From the NCBI GenBank assembly GCA_965644295.1, contig CBFFRP010000312.1:33243-97242 (forward strand): a DNA stretch of 64,000 nt, given 5' to 3'. Under the pieces are notes generated by a model that worked only from the letters and a program-made list of their open reading frames with translations, ran no database searches and was not told where the DNA came from. Below are positions 1 through 14,128 of this stretch, in pieces; the stretch's first letter is position 1, and every line of letters begins with the position of its first letter. The DNA comes from Paraphysomonas bandaiensis. Lineage: Eukaryota > Protista > Chrysophyceae. Position numbers and translations under genes: made by a program.

Positions 1-997
1 ATGGCTGGACCCCTGAGGAGGAAAGTATATTGATTAAGGTGTTGAACCAATTACATAATGAAGAAAACTTTAACTATTATATTAGGCTCATGCAGAACTA
101 GGCAATAAATGGGCTGAAATTGCTAAATATCTCCCGGGTAGAACTGACAACACCATCAAAAACCATTGGAACAGTTCCAAAAGAAGAATAATGCGAATGG
201 AGAGTACTGCCCCCACTTTTCCAGATAATGGTATTCAGGAGATGGTTCACGATTCAGAGGATATCTTTGGTAGATTTTCTGATAAGAAGGTCGAGAAACT
301 TGATTCAACTCCTGTGTCTATTGCAAGGCCTGTTGTACTTTCTCGAAAGACGCCGTCTCCTGGCACCCTCATAACAGATACTCAGAAAACGCCGCGGTCA
401 ATCAAGTCACACAAGGCTGCAAAGTTGCCCCCGTGTAGCAGGAATTCGAAGGAATCTAGGAATGGATGGATCAGTCCTATCAATCTGCCGCTGAGTTTCA
501 ATCTTCCGGTTAAGATTGAGGAGGCCCCTGTGGAAGACAGAGAAGCGGCAGATACACTTATTTCCATGGCTGATACGGGCACATCAAATTTTATTGGTAA
601 GAAGCGCGACTCGTGTAATTTATTGGTGAAGTCGGAATTAGAATATTCCGTGCCCTATTCTAGCTACCCTAATAAGAAGCCAACTATGACCACCGCGATG
701 AATCACAGCTCATCCTTCCCTTCAAATCCATCGGGATCAACTGTTTTGCCATCCAAAGAGTCGTGCATTGAGTCATCTCATATATCTGTCCCTCCACCTG
801 CGGATATTCCATCCGTTAAACATACTTTACGTTTGTTGGCGGACACTGCAATCGAGTACTGCCCAACCAGGTCTACACCTACTCAGTCCACAATAAAAGG
901 CAATAGGCGAACGGGTTCCATCAAAAGTTCGCCGATCACTGGATGCACACAATTTACAACAATATCTTCATCTACATCTTTTGACATGCAATTCTAA
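1..997 (+). CDS. MYB-family transcription factor, 5'-truncated by the window edge
   Basis: Splicing GT-AG intron 39-85 gives [12 protein letters not shown]|[30 protein letters not shown], a canonical MYB repeat. It runs in frame into ORF 191-997 (Ser/Pro-rich tail). Confidence 0.93.
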
Positions 998-1946
998 TCA
1001 TATGTTATTCTTGGGAATCATAAACGGATTCTTGTGTAATACGTTGCATATAAATTCCCCTTATTCATGAGCATTTTCAACCGAAATGTGGAGTGCATTC
1101 TTGATTATTAGGATTACTTCGCATACTCAGTTTGCTCTGTTATTAGAGCTCACCAGATATTCAAGTATTTTATATTCGATATTTTAATTATAATGAATTA
1201 TAGAGTTGACTTATATTGGTTGCTTACCTACTGAAATTTCTAGCTAACCACTTAAATATAATTCTAAGAAGGTGTAAAGTGCGATTCTCCATGTCTTGTG
1301 ACTGGACGACGAAGTAGAACTATTTTAGAAGCTGATTTCTAAAAGCAACTGTTTTTCAAAGTAAAGGCTTGCTCACTCTGATTCCCGTCTTGCTACTGTA
1401 CAAAGTTTGTGCTGCTCGAAATGCTATATACAACAAAGTATATATAGATTTCCTGCACTCTCTCCGTAATGATGGGGGCGATTCGGATAATTTTACTGAT
1501 ATAGAACAATCACATATGCTTTTTGGGCAAGCATAGACAGATCAATAAATAGCTAGCTCGAACTATAGCGCAGAAGCACGCATATCATCCACAGCGCATG
1601 GAGTACAAGTGAAATGATATAATATAATATGAGATGCAGTGTCACATTTACTGTTCTATATATCCTATTAGTAAAAGGCATGCATGAACCACATTATGGT
1701 AATTATCTGTTATATCTAAAACCATCTCCTCCTTACACTACAATGCTATTCTTACGTGTCTATCCTATGTCTCGTAACTGGAAATGTCATAATTCTTCAT
1801 GGTGTAGTGAGCACACTGGGGCTTATTTCAGCAGTGGCATGTGGGGAACGTGCTTAGACAACAGCGTACACTGTGGTGTCCATATCTACTGTTGTGTTAG
1901 CCAATGAGTTTTCTTTAATAAATGATCAAGTTCATTCATTGGATAG

Positions 1947-3121
1947 ATATTCCTCCAGAATTTTTTTGATGTACTCAGGAGCAGCAGGTTGGCGACAACA
2001 GAGCTGTTAGGTTTTGCAATGTATGGAGCGTGTATCCATATGATGCATACGCAGGTAATTCCATACATCACACTCCAAAAATTCGCACACAACAACACAG
2101 AACTGAACCATTCAATTCCTCCCCAACCAACACTCTGCTATCTATAGGCCCACTGAACATGTAGTACAATGCTACTCCTCCTATCGTACTGGTGAAACTC
2201 TAGAGATAGCTTTCTATTGCTGTGATGGGAGCGCTGTGTTCCACTCACAAGACAGCTGTGGGGGATGGAGTTGGAATAAAGCCTAAGAAGAAGATTAATG
2301 TAGCTGTGCTGGGGAACATTCTGACTATTCTCTCTTATGTATTTGAAAACGATAACAATCTTCACACTGACTGCTTGAAAATGCTCTATATTGAGAGTAG
2401 AAAACCTGAATATGACCTCGCTAATGTTCATACATGGATATTGAAGAATACTAACATGGCAATAAACAAGAAGGAATGCGAAAACCTTGTTTTATATGTG
2501 GCACTCTATGCGCCATCTATTCCCACCCAATTCGACGATAGTTTTAACTATGTTAAGAAGAAGTGCACTCTTATTCCGCCATCTCCTAAAGAAATGAAAG
2601 ATTGGGGCGCTAGAGTGAAACTGTTGGAGAAAAACTCTCAGTTTGCCCGAAAATTTGCCTCCTCTACTGTAAGTCATATTGCCCCTCGTCGTGGTTATTC
2701 CGACGCTTCTATGGTGAGAACTAGTAGTTTCAACAGGTCCAATATGGGAAAGTCTGACAGCTTCAGCAAACCAGGCCTGAGTCGCAGCAGCAGTTTTACT
2801 TCAGTGTTGTCACGGAATAATAGCTTTAGTCGCCTTGGCAAAAAAATGTCCTTGCTTCAGCAGCAAATGTCCGGAAGCGATGTTCGGCGTACTTCTGCAT
2901 CTAATACAGTGGTTGTGCAAGCGGCTGAAGTTAATGATAATGCAGTAATCAATAGAAGCTCTTCATCATGCAGTCAGAGCTCAGTGAACCCTGCATCTAG
3001 CACCCCGCGTGTAGAAGAGGCCCCGCGACAAAGTATTAGTAGCGAATCAGATGATCATTGGTACACCAAGCCCATGAGTACGCGTGGCTCGATTGATCCT
3101 TATGCGGCCTCATTGTTGTAA
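1947..3121 (+). CDS. Hypothetical protein with Ser/Arg-rich C-terminal half; 5' end uncertain
   Basis: 299-aa ORF 2222-3121. A plausible upstream exon 1947-2054 (IFLQNFFDVLRSSRL...MHTQ|gtaatt) splices in phase to LSIAVMG. No recognisable domain. Confidence 0.65.
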
Positions 3122-3855
3122 ATGTTCCACCACCCACAGCTGTAATCGAACTCTGCTATAAATCAACAAGGGTGCCCTCTGGTGAAGTAACTTCCTTATT
3201 CATTATTCATGAATGTTGGAGTATATACTTCTTTGTGGCTCCAGAAATTACTATTGAGGTGTCTAAACACTGTGCTCAGTTTTGTTGCAACCTTGAACAG
3301 AACTGTACACCTCAACGGTCACCATTGTGAAATAATTGATAAAATAATTACCTTAATGATGATAGGTGGACATATGCTCACATATTATTTGGATATACAC
3401 TGTTGTTCACGTTAAAAGTACTGATGTTATTTTTGGCAGCTATCGTTCTGATCCTTGTTTGTGAATTTTGTGATGAATTTTATCATATAAATAATAATTT
3501 ATAAATACCGTAGTAGTTAACTCATCCTTTAGCGATCAATGTGAATGGATAGATATTAGTTTTTTTCCCAAGCATATAATTCTATTCTTAATAATAGTCC
3601 TTTTGAGATGATTATGTACGCTTACACAATATCACTTTGCCACTTGACAAATGCAGAACTTGAGCTACACACCACGCAACCAATAGAACTTATTGTTCAA
3701 CGCAGAATTTACAACAATCTTCGATGCAGTGTCATGACTATAGTACACAAGATGGATGATATGTGACTTGTATGTGGGATCACTTGGTCTACACTACACG
3801 ATATATCATATACACTTCTATACACATTGTTCACTAAAAAATTAATCACGATCAA

Positions 3856-5759
3856 TTACGAAGATTGACTCCGTCCACGATATTTGAAAAAATTATTCGG
3901 TGACCCGAAGTTCCCACGACTGTTGTGTCGGTAGAGTTTATTTCTGGTTTGACGCCTCGAAGGGGAGGAGAACAGAGATGTTGGAGCAGACTTGTTAACC
4001 TCATCCTCGTCGACGTCCAGCACAAAATTTTGTACAAAAGGTTGACCATGTTGCTGCACTGGCAAAACCTTTGCCGGGCTCACAGGCGGTTTCGTTGCTG
4101 GCTTCAGTTTCGACACGATGTGGTACAGTAGTCCGTTGTCATCCGCTCCAACCAATACTGCCTGATCTTTCAATTTTCTCTCCGACGTATGCGAGGCATT
4201 ACCCGAATAAGTATCAGAACGGGTGCGACGATAGCGGGATGTGTCATTCAGTGTAGATTTTAAAGGGGTAACTGGTGCACTGTATGACCTATTAACTTTC
4301 CTACCTGAGTTCTGAATGGGAGATATTTTCTTCTTGGGGCTCCCAATGGATAGGTGTGATAGCGTATCTGACAGTGACAAATTTCCAAGACTTCTATCGG
4401 ATTGGCTAACTCCATGTATGCACAAACGACTTGTACCTCCCTCATTATTAACATTGTCACGCTCTTTATCCCATTTATCCATTGGCCTAGCATTTACTGG
4501 CTCGCCGAACTGTAACTCGTCTTCCCTTTCATCGTCATCACTACTCGCACCATCACTGTGCAAATCGAGGTCGTCGTCACCTTCCTTATATGGAGAGTAT
4601 ATGTCGTGCTCAAAGGGATTAAGACTGCAATATTGAAACCTCTTTTTATCTTTGGCCACTTCACGACTAATACTTTCAGACTGAATGACAACAGTGTCTC
4701 GGGCGCGCCGGTTGCGGTGAAGGTTAATGGCACCTCTCCTTGACCACACGCGACTATATGTCTGCACCATATCCCCAATTAAATGCATTGTACCTCATGC
4801 TTCCTAGATACAAAAATATATAAAACATACCTCCGGTCTCAGTGACTCTGTTTCTATCCAGTCCAAACGTTTTCTCATACTATGCTCTCTACTATGACTT
4901 AGCACGTACAGTTTCACAAAGTCCTAAAGACAAAATAAGGAGAGTATAAACAACTAAGCACAGTGACTTTGAATATATGACACTTAAACATGTATACTCA
5001 CAGATTCTTTGAAGTCACTAATGCATTGAATATCCTTTAGTAGTCGAAACTTCGGAGGATATGCCGCGATATCAACAATACTGCCACGGGGCCATATCAC
5101 ATCAATAATGCTCGATTTCACAATAACTTACTCATCTAGAAGAGTCCAGGCAAAGGCTACAGTATTTCGTGGTTCAGAGTCGATGGCCCATAATTCTACT
5201 CATATTATCATTAGCCTTGAGAGGATATAGTCATAGGCATTTTACCTATGATTTCCAGCAGGATACAATAAAATGCATTCTTATCAAGCTGGCCAAATCT
5301 CTTCAAATCAGATTCATAGTCCATATTCGTTATCAGTTGTGATATGTCGTCGCTTATACTAACATCAATAAGAGCCTTCTGAAGAGAAGCGTTGAGCCGT
5401 CTGTATCCCTTCTCCGACAAAGTCCAAGTCGTTGACCCGACATATATAAGCACTGTCTGCCAGAAGCATCTGAAGATATATGATAGAGCCGTATTATGAC
5501 TCAGTTCTTCACACTCGACAGCAATAGCTACAGGATCACATAATTCCGAGTGAATGGGCTTTGTTACTACATTATCAAAAGCTGTTCGAGCCTTCTGTCG
5601 AGCCGCATCTGACCGAGAGTTTAATCTGCGCGTAGATATGGATTCCTTTACCACTAACCAAGCCTGAACCAACCACACCACAGCGTTAGATATGTATATA
5701 ATTAACGTATATACATATACATATACATAAACCTGTTTGACATCCGGTCGAATTCGCAT
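3856..5759 (-). CDS. Multi-exon hypothetical protein: helical N-terminal part (possibly degenerate EF-hand-like) plus disordered C-terminus
   Basis: ATG at 5759 (MRIRPDVKQ|gtttat...ttcag|AWLVVKE). ORFs 5211-5759 and 3856-4788 lie on the same strand with short GT-AG introns and small exons between them. Confidence 0.7.
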
Positions 5760-6219
5760 ACTCTCACTTCAAAAATAATCACCGCTCGAAGTGATATTTG
5801 CTATAGAAGAAAGTCAGACTTCGCACTTTCATTAGTCTGATTGGGTGGGAAGACAGAGACTTCCATTCTTACATATCGCTGTATGTATATGTGATGTGAG
5901 GCGGATAAAAGGAACACATCATGTGCTATATGCTCTATGGGTATGTATATATCTATCTGTACAGCAGTACATCATATCACAGCAACGGACAGATTCCTAT
6001 ATACTGTACTGTACACATGTATACACTGCTGTATGCTAGTATGTCCACTGCTGTACCATGGTGTATGTAGAGATACACGCTGCACATACATAAACCCATA
6101 GGCATCCCATCCATACTACAGCAGTATACGGTATGCACTTCATGTACACCAGAGTAGCATGCTGATTCTCTTAATGTAACTCCTCACAGTCCAACCATAC
6201 ATCCTCTAGACTATCCACC

Positions 6220-8131
6220 ATGACATGGATGAGATTCCTCGCAATCCTACTCATATCCCACTGTAGCTGTGAGGTATATCCCAGTAGATTACTGCTAAGC
6301 AAAGTGTCAGTCCGTCACAATGTCTCGAGCTCATCTCTCCACTGGGATATATCCACCATACACCGTATAAACACCACCTCCCCTCCTCTCTGTGAGATGC
6401 ATATGACAGGAACCATAGTCCTCCCCATAGAGCATGAGGTGTTCTTTAAGACAGGTCATGCAGCGATGGCTCTAGAGGGCTATCCGGACACCACCACATG
6501 TCTGTACATGACTGTCACTGGGGCTGAAGTTAACCATCAACATGTAAGGAGCCTCAGTGTATATCTGCGTCTTATTGCAGTCTTTATTCAGGATATTCCG
6601 AACACGCTCAATATAGCAGTTATGTGCAGTATACAAGCATCAGACGTAAACACTGTGACCAACCCATGTACCACTCTACTCTATGATCGAGTACCTATTT
6701 CTATTACAGTGCATCCCGCGCGCACGCTTGAGCCAGAAGAAGCCGGGCCACCTCCCCCCAAGTTTGTATCGGGTCGGCCGTACAAACCTCAAAATATCCA
6801 CTACCTCTCCCCACCCCCACCACCCTCACTTCCGCTGCCATTAACTGCAAGTATCACTTCTTCTCCTTATAGTCCCTCGGAGATGGTAGGACAACGAGTA
6901 GTTTGTACAGTACAGACTTTTCGCAATCGCATGAGTGGCCCCATGTTGTATATGTTTCTACAATACTACCTTTCCACTGGTTGGGGAGTAGTTATCTTTG
7001 ACCGATTCGGAAGGCATGCGGATGTAGTACAGGAGTTTCTTTCATCCTCGGGATTAGTGTACTATCCATTTACCATTTTACAGAATCTTTTCCCTGATAT
7101 TTACAATTCAGAATTTGAAAGAACTCAGGTAATGCCAGCGCTGTGTGATTACATCTCATTTATAACTTGTAGGGGTCGGAGTTTAAGTTTTATAGCCGCC
7201 GAGGAGCGCACGGATTTCCTGAAGGAGAAAATAATATTCTTCAGGTATACAGATCTCATACGCCTGTGAAACATATGTTACCGGTAACATGATATATTGT
7301 CCATAAAACTGCGCGTAATGTCGCCACCGTACAGCTTAATAGACGTTTCGTTAGGGCAATGCAGAAGCCAATGACGATGCTGATCGCAGAAAATCCTACA
7401 ACTATGCTCGTCTGGTTTTTTCTGATGCGCTTTCTATTCTGTACGCTGACAGAGATGAGTTTTTCTATTGCAACACCAAGGTTAACAGTTTAGCAGTACA
7501 AAAAGCCATACACACGAGATATATTACTAAAGTTGCTCGGCGAGAAAAGCACGGTAGGCGACGTTTTTCGATGTTTCAAGGATTTTTTTGATGCTGTTAC
7601 TATATAGGCGTCGTATTAAAGCGGATGGCACATGCCCCTGTATATCCACGGTCATATAGACCTCCAACCACAGACGCTTCGCCGCCGCGCATGTTTGACG
7701 TCAACGAGCACGTCACGAGTTGTTTAGAAGCAGGTTACCTTGTCCGCAATATGTCCGCCCTTTGGGGTTGCTGGAGCGGTATATATATGGTAAATACGAA
7801 ATCGAAAAGTTTAGATGTTAACACTGGCTGGAGATGTCCTTTTTATGGTGTCCACAATGTCTGTCTGAGGTAATATATGAGATGCATGTGTAGACGAAAG
7901 TGTTCGGTATGTCATTACTTATTTGATGTCCTATTTCACAGGTGTCAATGTCAACTTGAAGAGTCTAATAGGTTAAGAACTTGAAGTGTCTAATGACGAT
8001 AGCTCATTCTTGTTTTTAGGTGTTATATTATTCATCTCAACAGCGTATATTTTAAACCGAGAATGCTGAACAAATACGGTGATGATATATATACATCACA
8101 TACGGCAATGACGAGTATATGGAATAGGTAG
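6220..8131 (+). CDS. Secretory-pathway protein with a GT-A (GT92/GT2-like) glycosyltransferase-type domain, multi-exon
   Basis: Signal peptide MTWMRFLAILLISHCSC and a Pro-rich linker. Then VVCTVQ...FLQYYLSTGWGVVIFD and a downstream exon with LYADRDEFFYC (DxDE motif, ~7438-7471), typical of GT92-like folds. The last exon ends at TAG 8131. Confidence 0.6.
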
Positions 8132-8984
8132 TGTATGTTTAGTTCAGTACTTGAGTTGTCATGTAAGGAAGTTGTTTCACGCTTTATGATGTTAGTCTTA
8201 GAGGTAAAATCTCTGGTATTGTACAGAACGAACAAGAACTTTGTAAATATGTTACTTTGTTGCACACTATGTGCGTACTGCGTACTCCCGAAAAATAATT
8301 ATTTTAAGCACCTTACATCATATTCATGCAACATGTGGGGAACATCTTTTCCCCTTAACATACGACTATCATGTACTTAACAGTAAACTTCACATTCATA
8401 AATATCATATATATATACGTACCAGGGCTAGGAAACAATATATTGAATTGCACAAGTAACTAAATGTAACTCCTTTGTAATTAAATTAATTCTCTACTGC
8501 TGCGGACTAGTTCCACCTATTGAACTGCATTTGCGCAATATATTATATATTCCATGTCATACAGTAAATTCTATGGGGAGGGATAGAAGTATTGAAGGTA
8601 TATGCCCATGATTCACAAGCAGCTTTACTCTCAATAGTAGGATATCAGACTAATGCACTGGCTCATGAAGACATTCCCTACTACCATCTACTTTTTAGTA
8701 GCATTTACATATTTAATACGTATATTATTATGATATCAGGTTTTAACATTTTCTTAATACATAGCCCTAATAATATTATCAAGGCAATAAATATTCAAAT
8801 ACCATACTTTTTTCATTTTCTATCGGTTACATTCTCACAATATTCTAAAAGGAAATTATATCTATACTACTGTGTTAATAGATTCGTTCGAAACTGCAAT
8901 TTATTCCGTATATTCGTATAATATGATTATATTCTGAAGAACAAGTCTCAACGTATCACCTTTAAGCAATGGGATACAACCCGC

Positions 8985-11900
8985 TTACTTCGAATCAATC
9001 ATCAAGGTATCCACTGAAATGACGAAATATAGTTTCCATGTCGCCGGTGAAATATATACTTCACCTTCGAAATCTACAGCTTGTGCTACTAATTCAAAAT
9101 CACACCGCTTTAAGAATGCTCCACTAACCGGGTCCTTTCGAGTACTGACTTTCGAACTATTTACAGTTTCTTCAAACTTCTCTTTCGATATAGGCCCACA
9201 TGTCAATAACCACTCACCCTGAATATCAATTAGTCAACAATAAAGAAATGAAAAACTGCCAAGCGTTTACCTCATCTAATACAAAATAGTACAGCGACCC
9301 ATTGGGTGCACAGTACCACCCAGACTCTCCTGTATGATAAGTAAGAAAAGTAGTATTTCGGAACTTTTGTGGTATATTACCTTGAATTGTTTTCCTCATT
9401 GCTACAAGGACACCTGATGTCTTGGCAGCATGGTGAATTTTCATACGCGTCGTTGATGCTCGTGCAATGAACCCTCTAGCTGCAGCTTGTAGCTTATTCA
9501 CCCTACTGAGGGAGCGAGGACTGAGAGTTGACGAACGCGCTTCAATCGAATTCATTCGGGAAAGGCGCAACTCTTCTTCAGCTCCCTGTAGAGACTCTTC
9601 AAGGGTAGATAATCGAGACTTCATCTCAGTCTCTTTCGCTTTGAGATCATTTATCTCTACGCTTCTCGATGCCAATAACTTTTCGTATGAAGTGATCTGG
9701 TTTCGAAGATTTTGCATTGCGGACCTCTCACTCGCCAAACTTTCGTTCAAAGAAATAACTTGGTTTTCTTTTTCTTTTTCTTGGGATCTAATTTTGTCGC
9801 GTAGAGATTCAATTTCTTTCTCACGTTCATCAAGTCGACTCTGAAGTTTTCTTGTGGCATCGTTGATGGCACGCTTCATGGATTCTGACAGGACTGCATC
9901 AGTCGTGGACTTAACGAAAGCTGGCCTATCGAATTGCTTAACTTCTGGATCGATATCAATAGAAGTCACTTTTTGAACCACTACATCCGGAGGTGGGATA
10001 CTCACAGTAGGTACAGAAGGTAGGGTTTCGTCACGTTTTAAGGCAGTTTGTACCCTGTGGAGAGCATCGTCGATAGTATATTGGGAAATAAATTGTGCAA
10101 CTTCTAGTACTCTATTTCTCACAACACCCTCTTTTAGAGCCTCGCATTTATCACACTTCTAACCACACATGTCAGCGACATGTAACTGTATTAGTACAAC
10201 ACATACCTGATCCACATGTTTCAACGCTGCTTTCTCAGTAGTCAAGCGCTCTACTTCAGCTCGCAGACGAGAAATCTCGGCATTTTCAGCCACATTCTGT
10301 TGTTGTCCAATACTGCTGACTTTCTCTTTACTTGCAAGAGCGCCCTCTGCTCGTAATAATTTCGACAGCAAGGCGGCCTTCTCTTCTTCACGTTGTCGCG
10401 ATTCGTTGTACACTAGTTGCGCTTGAGCTTTCTTCTCCTTTTCATTTACCTTCATCTGTTGCTTCAGAGCAGCTACTGTCTGTTCTGATTGAAGCAATTG
10501 AGACAATAACTTCGCTTTCTCTTCCTCTCGTTGCCGGGAATTATCGTACTCCATATTTTCCGCAACGCGTTTGTCTTTCAAGAGCTTTTTAATTTGTTCC
10601 TGTTGATTCGTTATAGTTGTCTCCGAACGAGATAACTTTTCTTGAAGCTCAGTCACTGTTGACGCATGCGAGTCCTCCATTGATTTTTTGGCATTAGAAA
10701 CGTCCTCATACTGACTTCGCAAATCATTTAAGTCCTTTGTCGTCATTTCCAACTGTCGTTTTTTCTCCGTAAGTTCAGTCTCCAGTTGTTTCGATTGCGA
10801 TGACAGAGTACTCCCTTGTAGTTCTATTTTCTTCTGTAACTCTTCCACTTGGGAAATCGTACTCTCCAACTCCCCTTGTAGTGTTTCTTTCTCTTCGGAT
10901 ATAATATTCCGAGAAGATTCTAAATCATTATATTCAGCAGCTTTCTTTTGTAAATCCTTCTCCATATCGCTCATCAATCCCTCAAGCCGCTCAATGTCTC
11001 CCTTTAATTTACTACACGTAGCAGCATGGTCACCCTCCATGGTTGCAATGCGGTCCTCATATGACCGCTTAGTATTTTCCACTAAACAGTTCAGACGTAT
11101 TGTAGTCGAGTCTAGCTGCTTTTGAGCTTCTGCAGACGATTCATCAAACACTTCTTGCAAACGAGCAATTTCCATCTCATAGTGAGTTTTTATCTTCTCC
11201 ATGCTATTATGCGCTTCTGCAAGGGCCTCGCCATTAGAACTCCTGAGAGCACCTATCTCTGCCTGCATTTTACTGATATCTTCGGAATGTTTCTCCTCAA
11301 ATTCCTTCTCGCGCTTATTGAAAGTCAGTTGTTGGGCTTCCAGTTCCTGTGCATGAGTAGCATCCTTTTCGGCCAGAGCTTCTTCATGCTTCGTCTGCAT
11401 CGCTTCAAGGGCTTTCCTATGATCACTTTGCAACTGTTCAATTCTCTCCGAGTGTTCTTTATTACTGCTGAGGTGTGTTTCAGTCATTTTAGCAAGGCTC
11501 CGATCCTTCTCCAGTAGAGAGAGGCGAAGTGACTCGTTCTCACGCTTCATATCGCGCAGTTTGTTTCGTATCAACGGGATAATATTTTCCTTTAGAGCTT
11601 CGATCTCCTTCTTTAACATAGATATCTGTGTAGAGGCTTCTGATTTAATCATTTTCGACTGCACTGTGAGAGCTTTCATTGTAGATAACAGTTTCTGGAG
11701 CTGATATCTCATTGATCTCTTAAAATCGTTTAACTCGTCGAAGTGTCTTGCACTCTCACCAAGACGAACCGTGCGAGCAACCTGCAACACTGGAGACCAT
11801 TCCTCCAAATCAAACAGTGCATTAGGAACCTGAAATGCTCGTTTCTTTACAAAACGCTCCAGATCATCAGCTTTTGATATGCTTATAGTGGCATATAACA

Positions 11901-12111
11901 GTGTTGCAAGAGCGGAATATATTCGAACAGATTGTTGACAGTGAGCCTTCACATTTATCGTCAGTCCTGTGCTCGTACTGAGTTCAGATGCTCGACTCTT
12001 AGCAGCATTATAACTCTCTCGCAGATAGCGGACTGATATGTCTCCTGTCTTATCAAAAGTGAAGAGCTCCTTCTCGCTCTCTGGTTTACTCTTCTTATCA
12101 ACAGCTAGCAT
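8985..12111 (-). CDS. Long coiled-coil protein with a C-terminal IQ motif, multi-exon
   Basis: ORFs 10159-12111, 9226-10122 and 8985-9206 join via short introns. E/K/Q/L-rich heptads; KLQAAARGFIAR matches IQxxxRGxxxR. Confidence 0.85.
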
Positions 12112-12324
12112 GTTAAGTCCTCGCTATCTATGGATCAAAGATTCTGAACATATTCTTCAATTGCAAAGGCAGGCGATCTATACGCAGATAGTGATATACA
12201 TACACACATACATGAGACATGTGAGAAGAATTCCACACGTTACAGTGCATCACATGCTGCCCCATACACCCACTGCTGTAGGATAGTATACGTTTCATTT
12301 TCAGCGAGATATACAGGCTATATG

Positions 12325-12627
12325 CATGTATGTATGTATGTATGTATGTATGTATGTATGTATGTATGTATGTATGTATGTATGTATGTATGTATGTATG
12401 TATGTATGTATGTATGTATGTATGTATGTATGTATGTATGTATGTATGTATGTATGTATGTATGTATGCATGTATGTATGTATGTATGTATGTATGTATG
12501 TATGTATGTATGTATGTATGTATGTATGTATGTATGTATGTATGTATGTATGTATGTATGTATGTATGTATGTATGTATGTATGTATGTATGTATGTATG
12601 TATGTATGTATGTATGTATGTGTATGT
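12325..12627. repeat. (TATG)n microsatellite, ~75 units
   Basis: Directly visible, with one TGCA interruption near 12468. Lies between the divergent starts at 12111(-) and 12742(+). Confidence 0.99.
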
Positions 12628-12741
12628 AGTACATGAGTACAGCGAATACTGTGCATGATTAAAGTGTGTTTGGTATATGTATGTGGGTATTGGGATGGTA
12701 GTTTGGGTGCGCAGTGACCTTAACACATTTAATGTAAGGTA

Positions 12742-14128
12742 ATGTCGGAGTTCACAGACTCGACACATAGCACGCATTGGATCTTATCGGTAGAACAGCA
12801 AGGTAATTCCCTCCTATGTGTGTAAGGTCCTCAACGTGTGTGTGTGTATGTATAGATATATGTCGAGCATACCGACACAGACACTACTTAACCACATCAT
12901 CAGAGGAAGAGAACAAGGTAACACATCCCCACCCCTCACAGTGACATTCATTCACTCTTAGATCATACAGGCGATATTTTATTCATGCGATGCGGCTCGT
13001 ATGAACCATGTGGACTATGAGCCTATGAGTATAGATGACGACACAGCCGCTCTGCTGGAGGAAGATGAAGTCATACTCACACACTTCTGTCACTTTATTA
13101 GGAAATCATGTGGACCTAATCCGAACTGTGCGATACGCTCCACATGGCGAGTGCCGGTAAACGAAATGGACTGTGATATTCACAAATTACTTATGTTGTG
13201 TTAGAGTACAGCTGTCAGTTTCTTCAGAAGGTTTTATTTGCATAACTCGTTAAGAGTTCATGATCCTAGAGTAATTATGTATGCTTTTCAAAGTGTATCT
13301 ATTCCAGAATGTTGATATTGAGTCAGGATTGCCTGTATATTTCTCGCTGGAAAGGCTGAAGAAGATTATATCCCTCCTACGTTGTTACTATCTAAAGTTC
13401 ACAAGAAGTGCAACATGGAGACACTTCTAAGTAAAGAAGAGCACCTATTAGAGGTAAGTAGATAAGCAACTTATAATGGCGGCGTTGAATGCGGACTCGT
13501 AGGGTCTTAACTTTGACTTGCGAGTGTTCCATCCCCAGGTGTCGATTTACGCATTTGTGACAGACATGAGGCGGAAGTCGGAGATGGGGAGGGAGAACGC
13601 AGCACAGGTCTTCAGGGAATGGGTTACGCGAGCGGAAAATGCTACAGATGTACTAATGGTACGAAATATTTTCATTCCGAACTTCCGTAACCACATGTTC
13701 AAATTGCTTGTGCAGAATTCGAAAATGTGTTTAAGCGTAAATCCATCGCTTGTTGCAATTGGTGCCCTCATATATACAGGTGTACAACGATTGCTAAATA
13801 TGGTTGTTTGTTGCTGACATGTTTCTCTTACAGAACCTGAAAATCCTCCATTGCAGGTACGGGAATATATACGCGAGAGGTTTGGTGAAATCCCCAGTCA
13901 AACTATACTTCACGAAGCGGAGTCACTCATGAAGTACTTTGTTGTGGTAAGAGAACACGATTTCTCACCAGTTCGAAATATTTGTAACACATTTTGATAT
14001 ATTATTACTACCTTATTTTGAGTTAGAGACTTATTCCGCTCTGTTGTTTACAGGAAGATAACCCTAGTCGTACAAAGAGTGCCTTGCAGCGGCTCGTTGG
14101 AACTGCTTTGTGGGGCAAGCGTAAATGA
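12742..14128 (+). CDS. CCNH: Cyclin H (CAK/TFIIH subunit), about 8 exons
   Basis: Spliced N-terminus MSEFTDSTHSTHWIL resembles cyclin H starts. Cyclin box STAVSFFRRFYLHNSLRVHDPRVIM|IACIFLAGKAEE and EEHLLE|GLNFDLRVFHP. Stop TGA at 14128. Confidence 0.88.

Noticed and set aside
5761-5776. Exact 16-mer CTCTCACTTCAAAAAT shared with 45106-45121, both beside start codons
   Set aside because: About one 16-mer match is expected by chance in a 64-kb self-comparison, and the orientation relative to the two genes is opposite.
9467-11517. Antisense ORFs over long genes (also within the channel, BOP1, UBR1 and the retroelement)
   Set aside because: These are shadow frames of real coding sequence on the opposite strand.
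12128-12777. ORFs of YIHT/MYVC repeats (also 35101-35509)
   Set aside because: These are translations of the (TATG)n microsatellite, which has no stop codons in any frame.
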